Assembly (NCBI GenBank): GCA_038087875.1
Contig: CM075989.1
Location: 6,138,001-6,202,000, forward strand
From: Malacoraja senta
Lineage: Eukaryota
Reading direction: 5' to 3'
DNA length: 64,000 nt
Each line of letters opens with the position of its first letter. The first letter of the stretch is position 1. Position numbers and translations under genes: made by a program. Positions 26,258 through 38,280 of this stretch are shown piece by piece. A model generated the notes under the pieces. The model made no database searches. It saw nothing but the letters and a program-made list of their open reading frames with translations, and was not told the origin of the DNA.

Positions 26258-27131
26258 CAGTGAAAAGCTTTTGGCTGCATGCAATACGGTCAGAAGTCAA
26301 CGTACCCTGGAAGCAAACATTGGTACAAAGTGCAGAATGGCCCTCTTTTATGCTGTGTGGTTCTCGTGAGTAATCCTTGCAAGACACATCATCACTACTC
26401 CTCGTTGCTCCAAGGAGGAATGATATAATCGATCTGGGGTCATGGGTACAAACTTGTCAAAAGAAGTGAAATGCAGCTCTGCTCAAGACCGCAAGAAATT
26501 GCAGAGAGTAGTGGATGTAGGCCTAGTCCATCACACAGACCAGACTCCACACCATTGGCTCCATCCACACTTCACGCTGCCTCACGATAGCAGCCAACAT
26601 AATCAAAGACCTTTAGCACGATGGTCATTCCGATGGTAAACACATTGTAAGTTGTTCCTAGTGTGTAGGATAGTGCTAGTGTATGGGGTGGTCGCTGGTC
26701 GGAGCGGACTAGGTGGACCGAAGGGCCTGTATCTCTAAAGTCTAAAGGACACCGAGTGCTGGAGTGACTTAGCGGATCAGGCAGCATCTCTGGAGAACAT
26801 GGATAGATGGCATTTTTGGACCAGGACGCTTCTTCAGGCTGAAGACTTCAACATTTTGACGTTATCTGATCTCCATTTGGAAATAAGTTAAACCCTTCAC
26901 TGGAAATGTACCTAGAAGAGACAGCCTCTGCTGAGCTTCTAGGGGCAGGCAGATGCTGAGATATCCTCATAATTGTCTGACCTATGGTGTTTAACTCAAT
27001 TTCTCAAAAGCAACTTATACCATCCTCCCACCCCGACTCAATATGTAAATATATTAAAACTGCAGATGAGAAAGCAATGTTCTCACTCTGTCAGCCTTGC
27101 CCTTGCTGTGACCTACTTCACTATTTTCCAT

Positions 27132-27232
27132 GGATAGACACAAAAAGCTGGAGTGACTCAGCGGGACAGGCAGCATCTCTGGAGAGAAGGAATGGGTGGC
27201 GTCTCGGGCCGAGACCCTGCTTCAGAAAATCC
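27132..27232 (-). mobile_element. Short PLE-terminus copy with a perfect 14-bp TSD
   Basis: tcactattttccat 27118-27131 / 27233-27246. Confidence 0.8.
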
Positions 27233-27864
27233 TCACTATTTTCCATCATTTCCTGCCTTTAGCTCTGGACAGCACCAAGCCCGTCGTTACGATCATAGCA
27301 AACGAAAATAGTGCATATTGCTAGGACATTCTGAAACTATGGTGGCATTTGAAAGGCTTTTATATACAGGCACAAGTATATACAAGGGTTGGTGAAACAT
27401 GGAGCATGTACAGGCAGCGATCAGTTAACTTGGCATTAAGTTCGGTGCAGACATTGTGGGCCAGTCTGCCTGTTCCTGTGCTGTATTGATTTATGTTCTT
27501 TGTTCTATAATCCCAAATGAAACTAAACCCACCACAGACCATAGTAAACAACTTAAGTTGGTTATTATTTGGTAGTGGGAAATTCTTCTAAGGCCTCCCA
27601 CATTAAACTTTAGACTTTGGACTCTAGAGATACAGCGTGGAAACAGGCACTTCAGCTTATTGTCACGTGTACGGAGGTACAGTGAAAAGCTTTTTGTTGC
27701 ATGCTAATCAGTCAGCGGAAAGACAATACATGATTACAATCGAGCCATTTACAGTGTACAGATACAGAATGCATGACAATTTCACTTGTTGATGGATTTA
27801 TCCCTTCCTGTAGCCTGGTGTTCTGAAGGGCATCAGTCCTCAATCTTCATCATCTGAGTCAGAC

Positions 27865-28597
27865 TCAAAAAGCTAGAGTAGCTCAGCGGGTCAGGCAGCA
27901 TCTCTGGAGAGAAGGATTGGGTGACGTTTCGGGTCGAGAGCCTTCTTCAGACTGGTCAGGGGAGTGGGCGGGACAGAGATAGAATGCGGTCGGAGACTGT
28001 TAGACTGGTGGGAGAACTGGGAAGGGGAGGGAGAGAGAGGGAAAGCAAGGACTCTCAGAAGTTAGAGAAGTCAATGTTCATACCGCTGGGGTGTAAACTA
28101 TCCAAGAAAAATACGAGGTGCTGTTCCTCCAATTTGCGCTGGGCATCACTCTGACAATGGAGGAGGCCCAGGAAAGAAAGGTCAGATTGGGAATGGGAGG
28201 GAGTGTTAAAGTGCTGAGCAACCGGGAGATCAGGTAGGTTTAGGCGGACTGAGCGGAGGTGTACAGCGAAACGATCGCCGAGCCTGTGCTTGGTCTCGCC
28301 GATGGGCAGAAGTTGACACCTGGAACAGCGTGTACAGTAGATGAGGTTGGAGGAGGTGCAAGTGAACCTCTGCCTCACCTGAAAAGACTGTTGGGGTCCT
28401 TGGATGGTCGAGAGGGGAGGTAAAGGGACAGGTGTTGCATCTCCTGCAGTTGCAGGGGAAAGTACCTGGGGAGGGGGTGGTTTGGGTAGGAAGGGATGAG
28501 TTGACCCGGGAGTTGTGGAGGGAACAGTCTCTGCGGAAAGCAGAAAGGGGTGGAGATGGGGAAGATGTGGCCTGTAGTGGGATCCCGTTGGAGGTGA
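27865..28597 (-). pseudogene. PLE GIY-YIG endonuclease remnant plus terminal repeat carrying a hammerhead core (~27923-27950)
   Basis: FTCTSSNLIYC..C..C....IGETK.RL.DRF..HLRSVR...PVAQHFN...EQHL...L.S..PSGMN. Confidence 0.88.
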
Positions 28598-29849
28598 CTG
28601 AGATGAGGAAATACTATTTCAGCCAGAGAGTTGTGAATCTGTGGAATTCTCTGCCACAGAAGGCAGTGGATGCCAATTCACTGGATGTACAGTATTCAAG
28701 AGAGAGTTAGATATAGCTCTTAGGGCTCGGAATCAAGCAATATGGGGAGAAAATAGAAACAGGATACTGATTCTAGATGAACAGCCATGATCATATTGAA
28801 TGGCTGTGCAGGCTCGAAGGGGTGAATGGCCTACTCCTGCACCTATGTTTCTATGTTTCAATGTTTCTACTGGAGATAGGTGCAAAGTGCTGGAGCAACT
28901 CAACGGGTCAGGCAGCACCCCTGGAGAAAATGGTGGAGATCAAATGGTGAAGCAGACTCAATGGGTCAAATGGCTAAATTCTGTTCCTATATGATCTTAT
29001 GATCATGGTCGGCATGGGCAAGGTGGGCCGAAGGGCCTGTTTCCGTGCTGTATGACTCTCTGACTCCAGGACGCTTCAACAGCATCCAGTACTGAGATCA
29101 GTTTAAAGTTTTTTGACTTTTGTCAAAAAATGGATGCTTTCTTCCACAACCCAATTCACCCGTTTCTGCTTGCCTTGGTGTGTGTTTGTTGGTGGTGTTA
29201 ATTGCAAATAAACATGAATAAATCCTTTTGATCTTCAAACATTTCTGTTGTTGTTGAATGATGGATAAAATGTGCACATTAATGGTGATCTTCTCACCAC
29301 AGCGAGGATTCCAGATTGATTCTTGCCAAGGACAATGCACAGCTCAATGGCATTTATATTGTGTTGAAGAAGGAACTGCAGATGCTGGAAAATCGAAGGA
29401 AGACAAAAGTGCTGGAGAAACTCAACGGGTGCAGCAGCATCTATGGAGCGAAGGAAACAGGCAACGTTTCTGGCCGAAACCCTTCTTCAGACTTGTCTAA
29501 GCTCTCTTTTAAATCTCTGCTTCCCAAACTGGTAAAATGATTAGCTGATGCATATGAGGGCAAGTCAGGGCAGCACGGTGGCATAACGTAGAGTTGCTGT
29601 CTTACAGCATTGGGTTCGATCCTGACTATGGGTGCTTGTCTGTACGGAGTTTGTACGTTCTCCCCGTGACCTGCGTGGGTTTTCTCCAAGGTCTTCGATT
29701 TCCTCCCACACTCCAAAGACGTGCAGGTTTGTAGGTTAATTGGCTTGGTATAAATGTACATTGTCCCTAGTGTGTGTAGGGTAGTGTTAATGTGCAGGGG
29801 ATCGCTGGTGAGTGCAAACTCAGTGGGTTCAAGGACGTGTTCCTCTCTG

Positions 29850-30228
29850 GAAAATTATAAAAGGACTGGACAAGCTAGGTGCAGGAAAAATATTCCAATG
29901 TTGGGCGAGTCCAGAACCAGGGGCCACAGTCTCAGAATAAAGGGGAGGCCATTTAAGACTGAGGTGAGAAAAAACTGTTTCACCCAGAGAGTTGTGAATT
30001 TGTGGAATTCCTGCCACAGAGGGCAGTGGAGGCCAAATCACTGGATGGATTTAAGAGAGAGTTAGATAGAGCTCTAGGGGCTAGTGGAGTCAAGGGATAT
30101 GGGGAGAAGGCAGGCACGGGTTATTGATTGGGACGATCAGCCATGATCACAATGAATGGCGGTGCTGGCTCGAAGGGCCGAATGGCTTCCTTCTGCACAT
30201 ATTTTCTATGTTTCTATGTTTCTATGTA
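29850..30228 (+). mobile_element. CR1 3' fragment nested in an HE1 SINE (29570-30245)
   Basis: GESRTRGHSLRIKG...FTQRVVNLWNS; the SINE tail resumes at 30225. Confidence 0.8.
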
Positions 30229-31342
30229 TCTCTAAACTAAACTAAACAATATCAATATCAAAACCCCCACCCTAGTTCTCCGACTAGTTTCACTGTCCTG
30301 ATTAATTTTACTGTTTGTATGCTTCAATGTCACCTTCCCCTCAGTCAACACTGAACCATTCAACATTTCCCTGATCATCGTCTGCTTTGATCTGTTCTTT
30401 TCACACCTTACATGTTCTTTATGCCCTTCCATATCTCGTTTCCCTCTCCCCTGACTCTCAGTCTGACGAAGGGTCTCGACCTCGGAACTTCCCCCATCCC
30501 TTCTCTCGCGGAGATGCTGCCTGGCCCGCTGAGTTTGCCCCAGCATTTTTGGTGTCTGCCTCCAGCACCACTAGTTTGTGATGCATTTGGTTTACTCCGC
30601 CAGCAGGCATGTGAAGTGTTCACAGTGTCCCGTACTTAAGCGGGGCAGGAACTGAGAGCTGCAGCAGGTTCGACACAGACGTCCTTAGTATCAATGATAT
30701 CACCCGGAGAGAGTCCTCTCCCTTCAAGTGTCAGAAGATCTGCAGGGTCAAATGGAAGCTCTTACAAATTACTGTCAGTCAAATGCCACAGAAGACAGCG
30801 GGGATTTGTGGCAAAGTTGGAAGATGAGGTCACTGCTCTCCTTCGTCGCAAGATCAAATCAACACTGACGGCCAATTTAGTCACCTCTGCTGCTCGCTGT
30901 ACTGGTCGCCATAGCAACACCTCTCTGCCGCCAATTATTCTTGATGCGTGGCCCAATTAAACATTGCTGATAAGGGAAGGGAAGGGTTTGAACCTCTTTT
31001 CTGTTCACCTTGCGTGGTAATCCGATCCGAGATCCCACACCACGGGAGACCTCCTGTCGAGGGGAGGAGGGGAAGCAACAGGATGGGACTGGGACCTGGC
31101 AGCGCTCCCAAGGTCAAAGGGTATCTTGTTCACTGATGGAAATCTTCACCGAAATCCCGCTCCTAAACACAAATAAGTCCTTTTGATCTGCAATCATTTC
31201 CGTCGTTGATGAATGACGGAGAAGATTTGCATTTTAAAGGTGACCGGACAGAAGGTTCCAGCTTGGTTCTTGTCAAGGATGAGGTACAGCTCAATGTCCC
31301 AGTGTTGCTGAGAAGGAGAAAAAAGAAGGGTCCCCGATCCAA

Positions 31343-31774
31343 GCGTAGGCTTGGCGATCGCTTCGCCGAACACCTCCGCTCGGTCCGCAATAACCTACCT
31401 GATCTCCCGGTGGCTCAGCACTTCAACTCCACCTCCCATTCCGAATCCGACCTTTCCGTCCTGGGCCTCCTCCATGGCCAGAGTGAGGCCCACCCCATAT
31501 TGGAGGAGCAGCACCTCATATTTCGCTTGGGCAGTTTGCACCCCAGCGGTATGAAACATTGACTTCTCTAATTTCAGGTAGTCCTTACTTTCTCCTCCCC
31601 TTCTCAGCTCTCCCTCAGCCCTCTGTCTCCGCCTCTTCCTTTCTTCTTCCCGCCCCCACCCACCCCCCACCCTCACATCAGTCTGAAGAAGGGTCTCGAC
31701 CCGGAACGTTGCCTATTTCCTTCGCTCCATAGATGCTGCCTCACCTGCTGAGTTTCTCCAGCATTTTGTCTACT
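31343..31774 (+). mobile_element. 5'-truncated PLE inserted into the hammerhead motif of another terminal-repeat copy
   Basis: GIY-YIG C-terminus RLGDRFAEHLRSVR..; cccgatccaa 31333-42 / cccgatctaa 31775-84; host reads aagaagggtccccgatc|aaaatgtcacc. Confidence 0.75.
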
Positions 31775-32873
31775 CCCGATCTAAAATGTCACCTATTCAT
31801 GAGGGTGCAGGTATATAATTCCATGCGAGTGCAACACAGGTGGACAGGATGATAAAGATGATATGTGTAGGAAGGAGCTTCAAGTAACCCTTGCTTTCCC
31901 TCTCTCTCTGTACCTTCCCCATCCTAGTTCTCCGACTTGTTTTACTGTCCACCTGATTAAATTGTACATCTCGTTGTCACCCACCCTCAGCTAACCCATT
32001 CCACATTTTCCTTGAGCTTTGTCCCCTTTGATCTCTCTCTTCACACATTACCCTTCCATATCTCTATGTCTCCCTCTCCGCTGACTCTCGGTCTAAAGAA
32101 GGGTCTTGACCCAAAACGTCACCCGTTCCTTCTCTCCAGAGATGCAAGCCTGTCCCGCTGAGTTACTCCAGCATTTTGTGTCTATCTTTGGTGAAGAAGA
32201 TATTTGGGCATTCTTGCCTTCATCGGCCATCGTTGGAGCGTCATTTAACAGCTGTACAAGACTTCAGTGAGATTGCATTTGGAGTACAATGTACAGTAAT
32301 GATCGCCCAGCTATAGATAGCATGGTAATAACTGGAAAGGATGCAAAAGAGATTTGCAAGAATGTCGATAGATGACATCTCGGTCTGGACCCATCTTCAA
32401 TCCCACCTAATAGACCAAGTTCACATGTTCTAAAGCAGTTCTAATGTGACTAAAGCAGTGTGCCATCATGTACCGAACCCAAATACCACCAACCCTGGTC
32501 GTGTGGCAAATAAAGATTCTATCTATCTATTTTCTATCTTCTCCAGGGATGCTGCCTGACCTGCTGAGTTACTCCAGCACTCTGTCATTTTCCGTAAATT
32601 AACATCTGCAGTTTAGTTTAGTCTAGTTTAGTTTAGAGATACAGCATGGAAACAGGCCCTTCGGCCCACCAGGTCCGCACCGACCTGCAATCCCACACAA
32701 TGACACTGTCCAACACAGTAGAGATAATTTACATTTTACAATCCTGACAACGGGTGCTGTCTGTGCGGAGTTTGTACGTTCTCCCCGTGACCTGCGTGGC
32801 AGAGGCTGACATTGACAATCACCGTGCTCCACTTCTAACCATTTAACTGTTACATTTCCTGGCAGTGATGTGC

Positions 32874-33990
32874 GGCACGGTGGCGCAGCGGTAGAGTTGC
32901 TGCCTTACAGGGCCAGGGACCCATGTTCAATCCTGATTACGGGTACTGACTGGCTGTACGGAGTTTGTACGCTCTCCCCGTAATTTGCGAGGGTTTTCTC
33001 CGAGATCTTCGGTTTCATAGAAACATAGAAACATAGAAAATAGGTGCAGGAGTAGGCCATTCGGCCCTTTGAGCCTGCACCGCCATTCAATATGATCATG
33101 GCTGATCATCCAACTCAGTATCCTGTACCTGCTTTCTCTCCATACCTCCTGATCCCTTTAGCCAGCCAAGGCACATCTAACTCCCTCTTAAATATAGCCA
33201 ATGAACTGGCCTCAACTACCTTCTGTGGCAGAGAATTCCAGAGATTCACCACTCTCTGTGTGAAAAATGTTTTCCTCATCTCGGTCCTAAAAGATTTCCC
33301 CCTTATCCTTAAACTGTGACCCCTTGTTCTGGACTTCCCAACATCGGGAACAATCTTCCTGCATCTAGCCTGTCCAACCCCTTAAGAATTTTGTAAGTAA
33401 AACAGGCCCTTCGACCCACCGAGTCCGTGCCAACCAGCAATCACCGTGTACACTAGCACTATCCTATACACCAGGGACAAGTTACAATTTTTAACCTGCA
33501 ATTAAGCCAATTAACCTACAAACCTGTATGTCTTTAGGGTGTGGGAGGAAACCTGAGCACCCAGAGAAAACCCACACGGTCAAGGGAAGAACGTACTAAC
33601 TCTGTATGGATGGCACCCGTAGTCAACATTGAACCCCTTAAGAATTTTGTACGTTTCTATAAGCCCCCCTCAAACTTCTAAATTCTAGCGAGTACAAGCC
33701 GAGTCTATCCAGTCTTTCTTCATATGAAAGTCCTGACATCCAGGAATCAGTCTGGTGAACCTTCTCTGTACTCCCTCTATGGCAAGAATGTCTTTCCTCA
33801 GATTAGGAGACCAAAACTGTACGCAAACGTACAAAACTGTACGTTTCATCCCCCACTCTAAAGACGTACAGGTTTATAGGATAATTGGCTTGGTATAAAT
33901 GTACATTTCCCCGAGTGTGTTAATGTGCGGGGATCGCTGGTCGGGCCGGTATCGGTGGGCTGTTTCCGCGCTGTATCTCTAAACTAAAAA
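32874..33990 (+). mobile_element. HE1 SINE containing a CR1 (-, ~33016-33843) that itself contains an HE1 fragment (-, 33396-33631)
   Basis: gtttcat duplicated around the CR1; 20-bp duplication aaccccttaagaattttgta 33376-95 / 33632-51. Confidence 0.8.
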
Positions 33991-36705
33991 CTAACCATGC
34001 TCCAGAATGATGCCTGACAGGAGCTTCTTATTTTCTCGTGCCCTGGTCTTCCCATTGTGCATCCTCTGGGATGTCCCATAACCTTTTCTTTGCGCGTTGT
34101 TTGTAGGTCACGAGGGCCCAGCCAGCAGTCATTTGTATCCCTGCCCAGAATAAATAAAATAATAATAAAAAGCTTCATGCTGGGCCCATACACCTGGGAG
34201 CATGTGTCCGACTGTAATTTCATCCATCCGATGAATACAACTGTCTGGAGGAAAGCTCCTGAAAGATACTGGTGATATCAGATTCACAAAGACTGATCCT
34301 GATTGAAATCAAACCTGAACCCTCTACAAATGAAGTATTGCTGCACATTTCAATTGGGATTCTGTACTGTACTACAATCACAGTTGTTTCTCCGATTAAA
34401 CCACTTTGAATTGAAGAGTATATCAGTTAACTACAATATTGGGCTGAGACCGAAATGACCAGAGACCGCACACTCACTTGCAGCTTTCATATGAAGTGAT
34501 TCACTCATTTTTGTTTGGTGTGCAAATGATACAACTTTTGTTTCACTGATGCCGAAAGTAGCTGGTCAGGTAGGAGCATCATGTACTTGTATCTAGATAC
34601 CAAACCAACCACAGTTCAGGCCTTCACAAGGATGTCCCATGGCTTGTCACCTTTGTGCCTGTCCAGCATCAGAGACTGTGTTGTACTTAAGTCACCGAGT
34701 CATAGAGTGATACTGTGTGGAAACAGGCCCTTCGGCCCAACTTGCCCACACCGGCCAACATGTCCCAGCTACACTAGTCCTGCCTGCCCACATTTGGTCC
34801 ATATCCCTCCAAACCTGTCCTATCCATGTACCTGTCTAACTGTGTCTTAAATATTGTGATAGTCCCAGCCTCAACTACCTCCTCTGGCAGCTTGTTCCAT
34901 ACACCCACCACCGTTTGTGTGAAAAAGTTACCCCTCAGATTCCTAATAAATCTTTTCCCCTTCACCTAAACCTATGTCCTCTGGTCCTCGATTCACCTAC
35001 TCTGGGCAAGAGACTCTGTGCATCTAAGATTTGAGGCTTATAACATTTTCAGGACCATCCTGGAATGACGCGAGAAATTCAAGGTACCAGCAATAAAGAA
35101 GAGGGAAGGAAGCATTAAATTACAATTGTGGGTTTTATTTAATTTAGAGTCATGGTCCCCAAAACCTCACACCAACCTTTACAGATGCGCCGTAGAAAGC
35201 ATTTTATCAGGATGCATCACAGCATGGTTTGGGATCAGCTCCATCCAAGACCGCTAGAAATGGCAGAGAGTTGTGGACGCAGCCCAGACCATCACAAAAG
35301 TTGAGCGTCATATTACCTCTGTACAAGACGTTAGTGAGACCGCATTTGGAGTACTGTGTACAGTTTCTAATGGCCCTGCTGTAGGAAGCAGGTCAATAAC
35401 TGGAGAGGGCGCAAAAGAGATTTACAAGGAGGTTGATTTGGTGACGTATCGGTCTCCTTCCGTCCCAACCCGATTCTTAGCTCTCAGGCCCCCCTTGGTC
35501 ATGGCTGACCATGGGTGTCTCCAGGGTTGGAGGATGCCAGTGTGTGACTTTGTTTGACGTGGGGAGACTGGTGCACAGACAGCCAACACATGGTTCTTGA
35601 CAGATCTGAGTGGCATGGACTCCAAGACGACCAGAGACCCTTTTCTGCTGCAGCCTTCATCCGCCTTCCCAGCCGTTGTGACGCTTCACTAAGGTCAGCC
35701 ATCGTCCTCCGCCTGTTCCACCATTGAAGTCTTGGTTGGATTGCTCTTTGTCAGAGACCTCCCCCTTGACCTTACCGCCATGGGTGGCCCTACAAGGAGC
35801 ATAGCACCAGAATAGATCATTGTTAGCTCGGGGAAGGTGACAACGAAGCATACATAGATAAAATGTAATCAGGGGGACAGTCGGACTGGTCAGAGAACTA
35901 CGATGGGGGAAGGATGGAGAGAGAGGGATAGCAGTGACTATGGTGTAAACCAGCACCGGCAGTTCCTTCCTCCACATTCCAACTCCACTGGGTGCTCCCT
36001 TCATGTGTACAATTCACCAAAATCTTGCTATTTCATCTCATCAGATTTCTTTCTTTTAACTACGGGAATTTCTTTCTTAAATGGTTCCTGTTAAAACACA
36101 GTAATTTGATGCTTCCCTGACTACACTGGGTGGTGCAAAGTGAAAAGCCAGCACCTGTGGTACAGATCGAGACTCATGGACAGATTCAATTCTCGTCATG
36201 GATTGATTGAATTTAATTCAATTGAAAGATACAGCATGGAAACTTGTTCTTCAATCCACCGAGTCCACGCCAACCATTGACTCCCCGTCCACACTAGGTA
36301 TGCGCATCCCACTTCCTTATCCACTCCCTGCACACACGGGGGGTGGGGGGTGGGGAGGGGTATCTTACAGTGCCCAAACTCTCATTTCTTTGGAATGTGG
36401 GTAGAAACCAGAGCACCCGGAGGAAACCCACGCGGTCACAGGGTGAACATGCAAACTCCACACAGAGGGCAATCGAGGTCGGGATTGAACCCAGGTTGCT
36501 GATGCTGTGTGCAGTGAGGCAGCAGCTGTTGTTGCGCCACTGTGCCGCCTTTATGTGTGTGAATAAAAGGAGAGGGAAAAGGCAAATGGTTACATTAGCA
36601 TGTGATTAGGAAAAGGATCAGAATTGATAAATATCTTCCAAAATGGAAGAATATTTCTTAAAAGACTTACCCCATCTCAGTAAGTTCAAGATACTTCATA
36701 TCCAA

Positions 36706-36789
36706 GGGTTTCGACCCCAAACGTCACCTATTCCTTCGCTCAATAGATGCTGCCTCACCCGCTGAGTTTCTCCAGCATTTTCTATCTAC
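36706..36789 (+). mobile_element. Short PLE-terminus copy with a perfect 12-bp TSD
   Basis: cttcatatccaa 36694-36705 / 36790-36801. Confidence 0.8.
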
Positions 36790-36799
36790 CTTCATATCC

Positions 36800-36941
36800 A
36801 ATGAAGTCTTTTTCAAGAGTAGCTACTGCTGTAACTGTTGCACACAGTTAGGGTCCCACAGACAGCAATGTGATAATGACCTGATTATCTGTTTTGGAGA
36901 TGCTGGTACGAGATAAATATTGGCCCCAGGGCACTGCCTAA
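36800..36941 (-). mobile_element. Deu-domain SINE core
   Basis: Reverse complement reads ggccaatatttatc..ccagcatc.ccaaaacagataatcaggtcattatcacattgctgtctgtggga, matching the recalled Deu domain. Confidence 0.7.
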
Positions 36942-37325
36942 AGGGGCTGTCCCACTGTGGCGACCTAATTGGCGAGTTTAGAAGAGTTTAGGAGAGTTTG
37001 AAAAAGTGTAATGTTGAGACCTCCTTCAACAATGTTGAAGACTATCTACGACTACTTTCGACTACCCTCGATTACCTACGACTAACATGACGACCTACTA
37101 CGACCTACTATGACTAAACCTACGAGTAAAAAAAGTATTGATTTTTTCCATGGCGACCTTTTTTTACTCGCGGGCATTTTTTAACAGATTGAAAAAACCG
37201 CCGCGACCTAGCTGAGGCCTCGAGTCCACTCTCGAGCATGAAGGAGAGTTACAAAGACCTCCTACAACCTTGTGTCGACCATGCTGCGAGTATGAGTCGA
37301 GTGCAAACTCGCCAATACTCGCGGA
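36942..37325. mobile_element. Harbinger-type MITE, family B; opposite orientation to the 21740 copy and missing one TIR
   Basis: TAA|AGGGGCTGTCCCAC; interior is the reverse complement of the 21740-22280 copy, with an internal deletion. Confidence 0.8.
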
Positions 37326-37377
37326 CTCAGTGGGCCGAAGGGGCAGTTTCCGCGCTGTATCTCAAAACTAAACTTGA

Positions 37378-38280
37378 AGGGCCTGTCCCACTTAGGCGAC
37401 CTTTAAGGGCCTGTCCCACTTGGCTGTCATTCGGGCGCCAATTACGCGACCTGCTAGCGTGAGGGTAGCGTGTGGGTAGCGTGTGGGCAGCGTGTGGGTA
37501 GCGCGGGACGGGCGCATGGTGTGGAGGAGTGTGGACTTCGTCCTGAACCAAATCGTCACACGCCACCAGCCTGTTGCGTAACTGACGGCCAAAGTGGGAC
37601 AGGCCCAAGACCCTGGCGCGGCGCAACGTCTCACCTCCAACAGCAGCAGAAGCAGGCAAACGATCGCCGAGCTCGGCCTGGGGCTCACGGCCGTTGCGGT
37701 CTGGATCCACCCCCACTCCTACTCCCAGAGCGGGGCCAAGACGATTGGAGATAGGCACCAAATGTAGGAGTAACTCAGCGGGACTGGCAGCATCTCTGGA
37801 GAGAAGCAATGGGTGACGTTTCGGGTCGAGACCCTTGTTCAGACTGAAGAAGGGTCTCGACCCGAAACATCATCCATTCCTTCTCTCCAGAGATGCTGCC
37901 GGTCCCGCTGAGTTACTCCTGCATTTTGTGTCCATCACGCGCTCCAGACTGCGGTGCGGACGCATGATGACGCGCGTGACCGTCGCGCGTCAGTCACTAC
38001 CGGCCTGTCACGTAAATGACGGCCCAAGTGGAACAGGCCCTTTACAGGCGACTGCCGGCACCCGTGATAAGTCGCCGAAATTTTCAACAAGGAGACCTCT
38101 CACGACCATGGGAGACCTCTCACGACCATACAGGCTGTCGCTTGTATGATCGTGAAAGGTCTCCAAAGAGTCGTAGCGTCTTTCTGGTCGCCGCTGAATT
38201 TTCAACATGTTGAAAATTTCGGCGACGTATCACGGGTGCCGGCAGTCGCCTGTAAAGATCGCGTAAGTGGGACAGGCCCT
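37378..38280. mobile_element. Harbinger-type MITE, family C (outer element)
   Basis: Removing 37406-38044 restores a ~70-bp inverted repeat (agggcctgtcccactta.gcga.ctttacaggcgactgccggcacccgtgata); flanks TGA/TAA. Confidence 0.85.
37406..38041. mobile_element. Harbinger-type MITE (A-like) nested in family C; carries a fold-back PLE element at 37750-37936
   Basis: TTA TSD 37403-05 / 38042-44; TIR AGGGCCTGT(C/T)CCACTTGG; extra internal right end at ~37584-37606. Confidence 0.85.
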
